DNA of 64,000 nt from Thermoproteota archaeon. Lineage in GTDB: Archaea; Thermoproteota; Thermoprotei; Gearchaeales; Gearchaeaceae. The DNA is taken from positions 5,925 through 69,924 of the forward strand of contig JAVVGF010000001.1 in assembly GCA_032249235.1 (NCBI GenBank), written 5' to 3'. Shown here one piece after another: positions 8,271-17,130 of the stretch. The notes under the pieces are model-generated. The model ran no database searches. It saw nothing but the letters and a program-made list of their open reading frames with translations, and was not told the DNA's origin. Made by a program: the position numbers and the translations under genes. Numbering within the stretch: position 1 is the first letter of the stretch; each line of letters starts with the position of its first letter.

Positions 8271-9236
8271 TTAAGCTTTATTGTAGAAGATGAATTTTTT
8301 TATGCTTCCATATTTTATCTCTCTGAAGACTTCGTTTGCTTCTTCAAGTTTGAAATATTTCTTCTCTACATCGCTTATATTCATTTTCTTAAGTAATTCA
8401 AAAGACTTAATTATCTCTACTTGATTGGGTATACCAATTCCTATTATTTTTTTGTTTTCAAAAAAATGAGGAATCTTAATGCTTGAGAGTCCAGTTAAAA
8501 TCAATTTTCCACCTTTCCTTAGCTTATTTAATATTTCTTCAATTATAATATGAGAATCGCACGTTATGATTGCATAATCAAAATATCCTTTCTCGACATA
8601 TTTTAATTCATTAGAACTCGGATCATTTTTTCTCATAGAAAAATGTTTAATTTCCATGTTTCTAATCTCAGCGATTGCTTTGGCGAATTTTGCTATCATA
8701 TCATCACCTATAATTGCTATTCTGCTTTCAAAACTATTTTCTATATAATTTAGACCCTTAAACGCAATTGCAAATTCGCATAACGCAAAAGTCTCATCTT
8801 TTATCCATTGAGGGACTTTTATCAATCTTTTAGACTTTATTCTTATAAACTCTGCAAGTCCGCCATCTGCGCTTTCTCCTGTTATTATTAAAGATTCACA
8901 TAAATCTTGTCTATTCATCAAACAATTGTAGCACTTATCGCATGAATCGTATATGAAACTAATTGCAACTCGTTCATTTAGTTTGAAATTGCTGACCTTT
9001 GAACCTAATTTTTCAATTCTTCCTATAATCTCATGTCCAGGTATCAAAGGAAGCTTCCTTGGATAGCCATATAGCATCCATTTACCTTCAATAATATCCA
9101 AATCAATTTTGCATATTCCACAATACTCGACTTTAACAAGAACTTCATCCTCTGCTAGCTCTTTCAATCTTATCTCTCTAGCTACTAAAGGTTTTTCTTC
9201 TATATTTGATGGCTTTACTAAAAAACAAGCTTTCAC
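8271..9236 (-). CDS. zinc-type alcohol/threonine dehydrogenase family (MDR) oxidoreductase
   Basis: 321 aa. GICKIDLDI..G..., PLIPGHEIIGRIEKLG, structural-zinc Cys cluster CDKCYNCLMNRQDLC. Confidence 0.75.
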   Translation of the reverse strand: MKACFLVKPSNIEEKPLVAREIRLKELAEDEVLVKVEYCGICKIDLDIIEGKWMLYGYPRKLPLIPGHEIIGRIEKLGSKVSNFKLNERVAISFIYDSCDKCYNCLMNRQDLCESLIITGESADGGLAEFIRIKSKRLIKVPQWIKDETFALCEFAIAFKGLNYIENSFESRIAIIGDDMIAKFAKAIAEIRNMEIKHFSMRKNDPSSNELKYVEKGYFDYAIITCDSHIIIEEILNKLRKGGKLILTGLSSIKIPHFFENKKIIGIGIPNQVEIIKSFELLKKMNISDVEKKYFKLEEANEVFREIKYGSIKKFIFYNKA

Positions 9237-9676
9237 GAACTACTTTCTATTAATCTTTTATGCGTCTTCATCATACATCTATTCCATATTATTTCAATGT
9301 TGTTTTTCTTTGCAAGTTCAACAGCTTCTTTATTATATATGCCTTCTTGAAGCCAAATTAGCTTAATATCGCCTCTTTCAATTGCATCTTTTACTACATT
9401 TATCACATCTTCAGAAGGTCTGAAAACGTCAACAATATCTATTTTTATATCCTTTGGTATATCCTTAAGGCTTTTATAGGATTTTTCTCCAAAAACTTCG
9501 TCTGCAAATGGATTAACAGGTATTATTTTATAGCCTTTTGTTTTGAGATATAATGGAACATAATGGGCTGGCTTACCGCTGGTTCTTGAAGCACCTACAA
9601 CAGCTATTGTTTTTGAATTTTTCAATATTTCTTTTAATTTTTCATCCGAATATCCATCATCAGGTATTTCGCTCAT
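9233..9676 (-). CDS. CoA-binding domain protein (YccU-like)
   Basis: 147 aa. IAVVGASRTSGKPAHYVPLYLKTKGYKIIPVNP signature. 4-nt overlap with the downstream dehydrogenase. Confidence 0.75.
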   Translation of the reverse strand: MSEIPDDGYSDEKLKEILKNSKTIAVVGASRTSGKPAHYVPLYLKTKGYKIIPVNPFADEVFGEKSYKSLKDIPKDIKIDIVDVFRPSEDVINVVKDAIERGDIKLIWLQEGIYNKEAVELAKKNNIEIIWNRCMMKTHKRLIESSS

Positions 9677-9743
9677 ATTATTATGAATAAATTAAGCAAT
9701 ATTTACGATTAAATTTTATTATACCTTCTCGAAATAGTTAAAT

Positions 9744-11855
9744 ATGCAATTGGACTTAACAAGTTTTCCACTTTACATAGCTTTGGTATCTCTCTTATAT
9801 GCAGCGGTTCAAATCGCATTGTTATTGAGACAAAATCCTGGAAGCAAAAGAATGCAAGAAATTGCTAATGCGGTTAAAATCGGTGCTACAGCTTTCCTCA
9901 TTAAAGAATATTTAGTAATCCTTCCTGCAGGAGTAATATTAGCGATCGCTATTTATTTATTAGTTGGGCCAATTCCCGCACTAGGTTTCGTAACAGGTGC
10001 TTTATTTTCAGCTCTTGCTGGTTTCATAGGAATGAGTATAACAGTAAGATCCAGTTCAAGGGTAGCTCAAATAGCTAGTAAAGGCTTAGGTCATGCATTA
10101 AGTTTAGCCTTTAGAGGAGGAAGCGTAATGGGATTTAGCGTTGCAGGTTTTGCTCTTTTAGGATTGTCTTTATTCGTCTTATTATTTGGGAATGATATAG
10201 TGACGAGTCCAGCATTAATAGCTGGATTAGGATTTGGGGCAAGTTTAATTGCAATGTTCATGAGAGTTGGTGGAGGAATTTATACAAAGGCTGCAGATTT
10301 AGGTGCAGATCTAGTAGGTAAAGTAGAAGTAGGAATACCTGAGGATGATCCGAGAAATCCTGCAGTTATAGCAGATAACGTAGGAGATAACGTAGGAGAC
10401 TGTGCAGGAATGGGTTCGGACGTTTATGAATCTTATATAGTTATAGGAATTGCTTCGATAATTTTAGCAGCGCTATTATTACAACCAACCTCTGATTTCC
10501 CCTTCAAAGATTTCTCGCTTATTTATTTGCCACTTTTAATAGGTGCATTTGGAATAATAGGTTCAATCATTGGTTCATTATTCGTAAATCCAAAGTTGGG
10601 AAATAGATTACCTCCGATGAGGGTTTTAGATATTGCTTTCATAATTTCTAGCATAATTGTGATAACTCTAACTTACGTAATAAGCTACTCAATAATGCCT
10701 TCAAATATTGCTCAAAGTATAACTATCGCTGCCATAACTGGAGTAGTTTTAGTAGTGGTAATCGAAAAGATTGTAGACTACTATACTTCTTATAACTATA
10801 ATCCAACAAAGTCGATTGCTGAAGCATCTAAGATAAGCGCGGCTACAAACTTCTTGCAAGGATATTCTGTTGGTCTTAAAAGCACAGCTCCTAGTGCCTT
10901 AGCTTTAGTCATCGCAGTATTGATAAGTTATTTAAGCGGCTATTATGCTACTAACAATAGTCTTTTCGCAGTATATAACACTGCAATAGCTACGATGGCT
11001 ATGCTTTCTTTAACAGCTATAGTTATGTCCATAGATTCTTATGGACCAATTACTGATAATGCAAATGGAATTGTTGAGATGAGCGGATTAGGTGAAGATG
11101 TTAGGCTCGTAACCGAAAAATTGGATGCTGTTGGAAATACTGTCAAGGCTACGACTAAAGGTTTCGCCATAGCAAGTGCAGCATTATCTGCTCTAGCCTT
11201 ATTCCAAGCTTTTCAAACAGAAGTTGCAATCAAAGCACAAACTATTCCTAAATATATACAAGCATATGGTTCATCTTCAATACAGTTCGTTCTTTCAGAT
11301 CCAAAGGTTATAATCGGCTTATTAGTAGGAGGTTTGCTTCCTTTCTTCTTTTCTTCTTTCTTAATAAGCGCTGTAGGAAGGACAGCGATGAAGGTTGTTC
11401 TAGAAGTGAGGAGACAATTCAAAGAAATACCTGGCTTGTTAGAAGGAAAAGCTTCACCAGATTATAGCAAATGCATAGGTATAACTACGCAGGAATCTTT
11501 GAAAGAACTCGCTCTTCCTGGTTTGCTTGCAGTGTTAACGCCTATTGTTTTAGGCTTAATCCTAGGGCCTTTAGCTTTAGGAGGTCTTTTGATAGGAAGC
11601 GTAGTAAGTGGAGTTTTTCTAGCTTTACTCATGGCAAATGGAGGTGCAGCATGGGATAATGCCAAGAAATTCATCGAGCTAGGTAATTTTGGTGGAAAAG
11701 GAAGCGATGCTCATAAAGTAGCTATAGTGGGAGATACGGTAGGAGATCCATTTAAGGATACAGCAGGACCGTCATTGAACTCTTTGATAAAAGTCTTAAA
11801 CACAATATCTATAGTCTTCCTTTCAACTATAATGACTTATGCAATTCTAGTGTGA
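9744..11855 (+). CDS. hppA: membrane H+-translocating pyrophosphatase, K+-independent signature
   Basis: 703 aa, polytopic. GGGIYTKAADLGADLVGKVE, DNVGDNVGDCAGMGSD, GNTVKATTKGFAI and VGDTVGDPFKDTAGPSLN are all canonical. Confidence 0.95.
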   Translation: MQLDLTSFPLYIALVSLLYAAVQIALLLRQNPGSKRMQEIANAVKIGATAFLIKEYLVILPAGVILAIAIYLLVGPIPALGFVTGALFSALAGFIGMSITVRSSSRVAQIASKGLGHALSLAFRGGSVMGFSVAGFALLGLSLFVLLFGNDIVTSPALIAGLGFGASLIAMFMRVGGGIYTKAADLGADLVGKVEVGIPEDDPRNPAVIADNVGDNVGDCAGMGSDVYESYIVIGIASIILAALLLQPTSDFPFKDFSLIYLPLLIGAFGIIGSIIGSLFVNPKLGNRLPPMRVLDIAFIISSIIVITLTYVISYSIMPSNIAQSITIAAITGVVLVVVIEKIVDYYTSYNYNPTKSIAEASKISAATNFLQGYSVGLKSTAPSALALVIAVLISYLSGYYATNNSLFAVYNTAIATMAMLSLTAIVMSIDSYGPITDNANGIVEMSGLGEDVRLVTEKLDAVGNTVKATTKGFAIASAALSALALFQAFQTEVAIKAQTIPKYIQAYGSSSIQFVLSDPKVIIGLLVGGLLPFFFSSFLISAVGRTAMKVVLEVRRQFKEIPGLLEGKASPDYSKCIGITTQESLKELALPGLLAVLTPIVLGLILGPLALGGLLIGSVVSGVFLALLMANGGAAWDNAKKFIELGNFGGKGSDAHKVAIVGDTVGDPFKDTAGPSLNSLIKVLNTISIVFLSTIMTYAILV

Positions 11856-12536
11856 TCATTCTATTTTTATAATACCTTTTTTAGTACCAACTAATATTTC
11901 TGAAATATTTTCATAAAAGATACCATTTTCTATTACACCTTTTATCTCATTTATTTTCTCAGATAACTCTTTAGGATTTTCTATTATTCCGAAGTTAGCA
12001 TCTATTATATAGTTTCCGTTATCTGTAATTATTGGCCCGTCTTTAATTCTTTCACCAGTTCTAATTTGCACTTCTGCACCCATTTTTTTTAGTCTTAATA
12101 TTACAGGTTTCAATGCAAATGGCAAAACTTCAATAGCCACTTTGGCTTTTTCTCCAATTTTGTTAGAAAGTTTTGATTCGTCTACTAAAATTACATATTT
12201 TTTCGAACAAGAAGCTATAATTTTCTCTCTTAACAACGCAGCTCCTCTTCCTTTTAGCGCAAATTTTCTCCTATCTACTTCATCGGCTCCGTCAAAGCTT
12301 ATATCTAATTCAGGATATGAATCTAAACTCTCAATTCTTAATCCTAAAGATGAAAGCTTTAAATATATCTGGCTTGAAGCAGGTACGAAGCCTATATGCC
12401 ATCCTTCTTCAGCGATCTTTTTATAAATTTCATCAATAAACAATTCAATAGTGCTTCCTGAACCAAGACCAATAACATTACCATCTTTAATTAATTTAAT
12501 AGCTTCTTTAATTGCGTTTAGTTTTAATTCACTCAT
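11856..12536 (-). CDS. rpiA: ribose-5-phosphate isomerase A
   Basis: 226 aa. GLGSGSTIE, FDGADEVD, KGRGAALLREK motifs. Confidence 0.9.
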   Translation of the reverse strand: MSELKLNAIKEAIKLIKDGNVIGLGSGSTIELFIDEIYKKIAEEGWHIGFVPASSQIYLKLSSLGLRIESLDSYPELDISFDGADEVDRRKFALKGRGAALLREKIIASCSKKYVILVDESKLSNKIGEKAKVAIEVLPFALKPVILRLKKMGAEVQIRTGERIKDGPIITDNGNYIIDANFGIIENPKELSEKINEIKGVIENGIFYENISEILVGTKKGIIKIE

Positions 12537-12585
12537 ATTTGGATTATTGAAAATAATTTAATAAATGAAATATTAATCAAAATCG

Positions 12586-13116
12586 ATGAAGTTCTATACT
12601 CGTACAGGAGATAGTGGAGAAACAAGCTTAATGCATGGAGAGCGCGTATTCAAAGATGATGAAAGGATTGAATGTTTAGGCAATTTGGACGAATTAAGCT
12701 CATTTATCGGTTTAGCTATTTCTAGAATCAAACATGAAGAAATTAAAAATAATTTAATAGAAATACAAAAGATCATTTATTTTGCAGGTGCAGAAATTGC
12801 TGATACAAAAAATCAAACAAGAATAATAAAAGAAGAACATTTGGAAGCGTTAGAAAAAATAACAGATGCATATTCTTCTAAAATCGAACCTTTGAAACAT
12901 TTCATTCTACCAGGAGGTTCTGAAGCTTCCTCTTTGATTCATGTTTGCAGGGCTGTTTGTAGAAGACTAGAACGCTCCTTAGTTAGGCTTAATAAGAAAG
13001 ATAGGTTGAATCCTGTCCTCTTAAAATATTTCAATCGTTTATCTTCTTTTCTTTTCGTTCTAGCATTATACATAAATAAAATTGAAGGGTATAAAGAATT
13101 AGAAGCGAAATTTTAA
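12586..13116 (+). CDS. pduO: ATP:cob(I)alamin adenosyltransferase, PduO type
   Basis: 176 aa. YTRTGDSGETSL...KDDERIECLGNLDELSSFIG N-terminal signature. Confidence 0.85.
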   Translation: MKFYTRTGDSGETSLMHGERVFKDDERIECLGNLDELSSFIGLAISRIKHEEIKNNLIEIQKIIYFAGAEIADTKNQTRIIKEEHLEALEKITDAYSSKIEPLKHFILPGGSEASSLIHVCRAVCRRLERSLVRLNKKDRLNPVLLKYFNRLSSFLFVLALYINKIEGYKELEAKF

Positions 13117-13279
13117 TTTTATCTTAATTAAAATTGTTCTGTTGCTAACTATTTTATTCAAAAAATTAAATAAATTTGCCTACTTCCAAGAATCACTTCA
13201 TTTATTCAAGCTACTCTATCATTTTTTATGAACTTTCAAATACATTTCAGCTTATTAAAATCGCTTTAATTTTATTTCT

Positions 13280-14572
13280 ATGGACGATTTAATTAGCGAA
13301 GATAGTAAAGACAAATTTAAAGAAAAATTCCTATCTTCTATTCTTGGAAAGCATGAAGAGACTCTGAAAGCACCTTTGGATGGGATAATAGTAACCGATC
13401 TAACACATGCGGCTGCAGGCCCTTTCACCACAATGTTATTATCCGAATTAGGTGCTAAAGTAATAAAAATCGAATCCTTGATGGGAGACCAAACAAGAAA
13501 ATGGGCACCTTTTGTTAAAGGCATGTCTTCTTATTTCATGAGCATGAATAAGAACAAGTATAGTATTGCGATAAATTTGAAGAAAGAAGAAGGAAAGGAA
13601 ATTCTGAAAAAGCTAATTAAAATAAGTGATGTTTTTATCGAAAATTTTCAACCTGGTGTAATAAAGAGATTGGGTTTTGGTTACGATGATGTTTCTGAGA
13701 TGAATAGATCGATAATTTATTGTAGTATTTCAGGATACGGGCAGTATGGTCCTTGGAAAGAATATCCTGCATATGATTTAACGATACTCGCTACAAGTGG
13801 TCATTTAAGTATAACTGGTGAGGAAGGAAGACCTCCTGTAAAATTCGGAGTCGCTATCGCTGATTTAACAGCTGCCTTCTTCGCTACTATAGCTATAATT
13901 TCTGCATTATATAAGAGATTAAAAACAGGTCAAGGTGAATATATCGATATTTCAATGTTCGATGCAAACTTACAAACTCTTACATATCAAGCCTCTTATT
14001 ATTTTGCTACACATGAAAATCCTAAAAGACTTGGTTCAGCACACCCTGGAATATGCCCTTATCAAGCTTTTGAAGTAAACGATGGATATGTTGTAATATG
14101 TGTTGGTAACGATAAAATGTGGCAAAGCTTTTGTAAAATAATAGATAGAGAAGACTTGATAAACAATCCCAAATTCAAAACAAACGAACTAAGAGTTATC
14201 AATAGGCAAGAATTGGTTGAGGAATTGAGTAAAACTTTGAAGAAATTTAAAAAACATGAAATAGTTGATATTTTAATTAAAGCAGGAATACCTGCTGCAT
14301 CTATTTTAAGTGTTAAAGAGGCTTTAGAAAATGAACATACAAAAGCTAGAAAGATGGTGAAAAGTTTACAAGCATCCTATGGAGACATTCTAGTGCTGGG
14401 ATCTGCTTTTAAGTTTTTGAATTCAAGTGCAATTATAGCTAAAGCCCCTCCAATGCTAGGAGAAGATACTGATAATATCTTAAAAGCTTTGGGATATTCA
14501 GAAGAACAAATAAGAGAGCTGAAAGAAAAAGGAATTATAAATCCAGACGTTAAGAAAGATATTGAAATTTAA
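13280..14572 (+). CDS. family III CoA-transferase (CaiB/BaiF/racemase-like)
   Basis: 430 aa. DGIIVTDLTHAAAGPFTTMLLSELGAKVIKIE, ISGYGQYGP and catalytic-region DLT...GEEGRPP pattern. Confidence 0.85.
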   Translation: MDDLISEDSKDKFKEKFLSSILGKHEETLKAPLDGIIVTDLTHAAAGPFTTMLLSELGAKVIKIESLMGDQTRKWAPFVKGMSSYFMSMNKNKYSIAINLKKEEGKEILKKLIKISDVFIENFQPGVIKRLGFGYDDVSEMNRSIIYCSISGYGQYGPWKEYPAYDLTILATSGHLSITGEEGRPPVKFGVAIADLTAAFFATIAIISALYKRLKTGQGEYIDISMFDANLQTLTYQASYYFATHENPKRLGSAHPGICPYQAFEVNDGYVVICVGNDKMWQSFCKIIDREDLINNPKFKTNELRVINRQELVEELSKTLKKFKKHEIVDILIKAGIPAASILSVKEALENEHTKARKMVKSLQASYGDILVLGSAFKFLNSSAIIAKAPPMLGEDTDNILKALGYSEEQIRELKEKGIINPDVKKDIEI

Positions 14573-14881
14573 GAGTAATAATATCAAAAGTAAATATATA
14601 GTAGTTAAGGTCTTTATTTTAAAATAACTTTTATGATATTATTCTAATTTAAATTCTCTATTAATTAAATAACTAAGATCTTATTTTTTTATATAGAAGT
14701 ATCGATATTTATAAATATAGCTTCTTCTTATATCTTTTTATTTAGCATATTGGTAAATAGTAACTATGTAATCATTACTTTCTAAGATGCTTCACATCGA
14801 TAGTTAATGAGAATTCTGCTTATTTCTTTCTTCTTTGATAATTTTAAATATCTTTAATTTATGTTTCCGTAAATTTATTTA

Positions 14882-15412
14882 ATGGCAAGATTTTACGTGG
14901 TCAGTGGAGGTCCTTGTTCAGGTAAGACTACGCTCATCAAATATCTTGAATCAAAAGGCTTTCCTGTTTTACATGAAACTGCAAGGAAACTTGTTGAAAA
15001 AGGCATTTTGAAGAAAGAGGATTTTTTAGACAAAAATAAAAGAGATTTCATTCAAAGAGTTATTTTCAAAGAACAAATCAGAGCTGAAGAATCTGTTCTT
15101 TCTTATCCTTTTGTATTTCTAGATAGAAGTGTAGTTGATGGGATTGCATATTACTGGATTATAAATCTTGAACCTCCTAGAGAAATGATAGAAATCGCTT
15201 CAAAGAGAAATTACGAATGTATTTTCATACTTGAGCAATTAGATAAATTTGAAAAAGATGAGGTAAGATATGAAGAGCCTGAAGAAGCTAAAAAAGTCCA
15301 TGAACTTATTGTAAGAGCATATAACATGCTAGGCTATAAAACTATTAGGATCCCTGTTATGCCTGTAAAAGACAGAGCGATTTTAATCTTAAAGAATATT
15401 GAACTATTATAG
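14882..15412 (+). CDS. P-loop ATPase, AAA_28/NadR-kinase-like (predicted ATPase family)
   Basis: 176 aa. Walker A VVSGGPCSGKTTL, Walker B-like VFLDRSVVD. Small stand-alone kinase-like fold. Function unknown. Confidence 0.6.
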   Translation: MARFYVVSGGPCSGKTTLIKYLESKGFPVLHETARKLVEKGILKKEDFLDKNKRDFIQRVIFKEQIRAEESVLSYPFVFLDRSVVDGIAYYWIINLEPPREMIEIASKRNYECIFILEQLDKFEKDEVRYEEPEEAKKVHELIVRAYNMLGYKTIRIPVMPVKDRAILILKNIELL

Positions 15413-15463
15413 GAATATTCTATTACTAGAATTTAAATAGGGAATTTTAAGTTATAAGCTAAA

Positions 15464-16192
15464 TTGACGCTCCATTATGAAATTGAACCTACATCAAAGA
15501 GAGAAAAATTAGTAGAACAATTTCTAAAATTAAAGGGTTTAGTCGATAAAATAAATGTTCCCGAAAATCCTCTCGGTCAGCTTAAGCCTTCTTCATTGGC
15601 GATTTCTATATTAGCAAAAGAATTGGGACTTGAACCTGTTTTGCATTTGAGAACAAGAGATAGGAATTTTTTGAATCTTAAATCCGAAATTTATGGTGCA
15701 ATAATCTTTGATATAAAAGATATTTTGATAGTAAAAGGTGATGCGAAAGAAGATAAAGAGTATGAAATAAAAAATGAAGAAAAATTAGAAATAATTGCTG
15801 AAAAACTCAAGGCGGATGAAAAAATTTCTAAGCTACGAATAGGTCTTCCTTTGATTAAGCTAGATATATACAATGAAAGCGTAAAAACTCGCTTAGCTTC
15901 ATGCGCAGATTTCTTCGTAACGCTTCAAGTTAATAGCCCTGAAGATATTCCAGGAGAATTATTAGACTATGCAAAAAAGAACAATAAAAAAATTCAATCT
16001 TATTATTTGCTAATTTCAGACAACAATAAATCTTATCTTAAATCTTTAGGTTTTGAAATCAAGGAGAAAAGCATAAAGGAGTATATTGAAGACGTTACAA
16101 TTCTTGAGAACATGCTCGATGCAGTTATTTTGTCATGTCCAAGGGATTTTAACTTTTTGTTAGATTTCTTGAATAAGTATAATAAAAGATGA
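15464..16192 (+). CDS. short methylenetetrahydrofolate reductase (MetF)-like protein
   Basis: 242 aa, TTG start (no in-frame ATG nearby). EIEPTSKRE...INVPENPLGQLKPSSLAISILAKELGLEPVLHLRTRDRN resembles the MTHFR N-terminal barrel. 4-nt overlap with the next gene. Confidence 0.5.
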   Translation: MTLHYEIEPTSKREKLVEQFLKLKGLVDKINVPENPLGQLKPSSLAISILAKELGLEPVLHLRTRDRNFLNLKSEIYGAIIFDIKDILIVKGDAKEDKEYEIKNEEKLEIIAEKLKADEKISKLRIGLPLIKLDIYNESVKTRLASCADFFVTLQVNSPEDIPGELLDYAKKNNKKIQSYYLLISDNNKSYLKSLGFEIKEKSIKEYIEDVTILENMLDAVILSCPRDFNFLLDFLNKYNKR

Positions 16193-17130
16193 AGATCCAA
16201 TCTTTTTTAACAGGTTTATTTCCGAGGAGTAAAGAATTAAGAAAGGCTATTAGAGCCTATCAGAAGAAAGAGATAAATAAAGAAGATCTAGAAAAGGTAT
16301 ATTCTAGCGAAGCTAACAAATTGATAGAGATACAAAAAGAATTAGGAATTTCATATTATCAAGAAGGAATGCTCAAATGGCAAGACTTATTAAGACCTCT
16401 ATGTAATTATCATGGTATTCAAGAAGGCACTCTAATAAGATGGTTTGAAACAAACTTCTTTTACAGAATGCCTATCATTAAAGATAAGATTAAATATGAA
16501 GAACCTGTGCTAAGAGAATTTTATTGTCTTGATACTTTAAAAGGAGCGAATAAAGTTATGATTCCCATTCCTGACCCTTTAACCTTTGCAATTCTTTCTG
16601 AGAATTATCATTATTCAAGGATAAAAGATTTGGTTGATGATATTTCTGAGGTGATTATTGATGATATTTCTAATATCAAAATTAATATTGATGCTTTTCA
16701 AGTTATTTCTCCTGCAATAGGATATTATGAGTTAGATGATGAAGATTTGAAATCGTATAATGATTTTCTGAAAAAACTAAGGTATTTCAACAAAAAAATT
16801 ATTGTTCATTTTAGTTTTATAAGACATCCTTCTTTCCTGTCGAAAATTCAAGATTATGATATTCTTTCTTTGGATCTTTGTTATGGAGATAGAGAGAAAA
16901 TAATCAAGGCAATACCTAATTGTAATGCTCTTTCTCTTGGTTTAATAGATGTTTCTACATCGTTGATTGAAGAGGCTTCTTATTTATTGAAAGAAATAAA
17001 GCGAATTTCAAATTACAAAAAGCTTAGCGAATTATACATAACGAATTCATCTGATTTAGATCTATTACCTTATGAGAAAGCAATTGAAAAAATTAAAGTC
17101 ATTAAAGAGGTTCTAAATCATGAGCTCTGA
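16189..17130 (+). CDS. stand-alone MetE N-terminal-domain-like protein
   Basis: 313 aa. GLFPRSKELRKAIRAY and IRWFETNFFYRMPII correspond to the GFPR..RELK and KWFDTNYHY motifs of the non-catalytic MetE N-domain. Confidence 0.7.
   Translation: MKIQSFLTGLFPRSKELRKAIRAYQKKEINKEDLEKVYSSEANKLIEIQKELGISYYQEGMLKWQDLLRPLCNYHGIQEGTLIRWFETNFFYRMPIIKDKIKYEEPVLREFYCLDTLKGANKVMIPIPDPLTFAILSENYHYSRIKDLVDDISEVIIDDISNIKINIDAFQVISPAIGYYELDDEDLKSYNDFLKKLRYFNKKIIVHFSFIRHPSFLSKIQDYDILSLDLCYGDREKIIKAIPNCNALSLGLIDVSTSLIEEASYLLKEIKRISNYKKLSELYITNSSDLDLLPYEKAIEKIKVIKEVLNHEL

Noticed and set aside
10375-10402. Apparent short tandem nucleotide repeat (gataacgtaggagataacgtaggagac).
   Set aside because: It encodes the universally conserved DNVGDNVGD motif of membrane pyrophosphatases. 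It is not a non-coding repeat.
13255-13524. Minus-strand ORFs at 13255-13524 and 52114-52371 as possible small genes in or near spacers.
   Set aside because: Both mostly overlap strongly supported plus-strand genes (CoA-transferase, Nudix) and have no recognisable features.
14573-14881. Replication origin in the large AT-rich gap.
   Set aside because: I saw no ORB or mini-ORB-like GC-containing repeats (the TCCAGTGGAAAC type) and no flanking orc1/cdc6 gene. AT-richness alone is not diagnostic in this genome.
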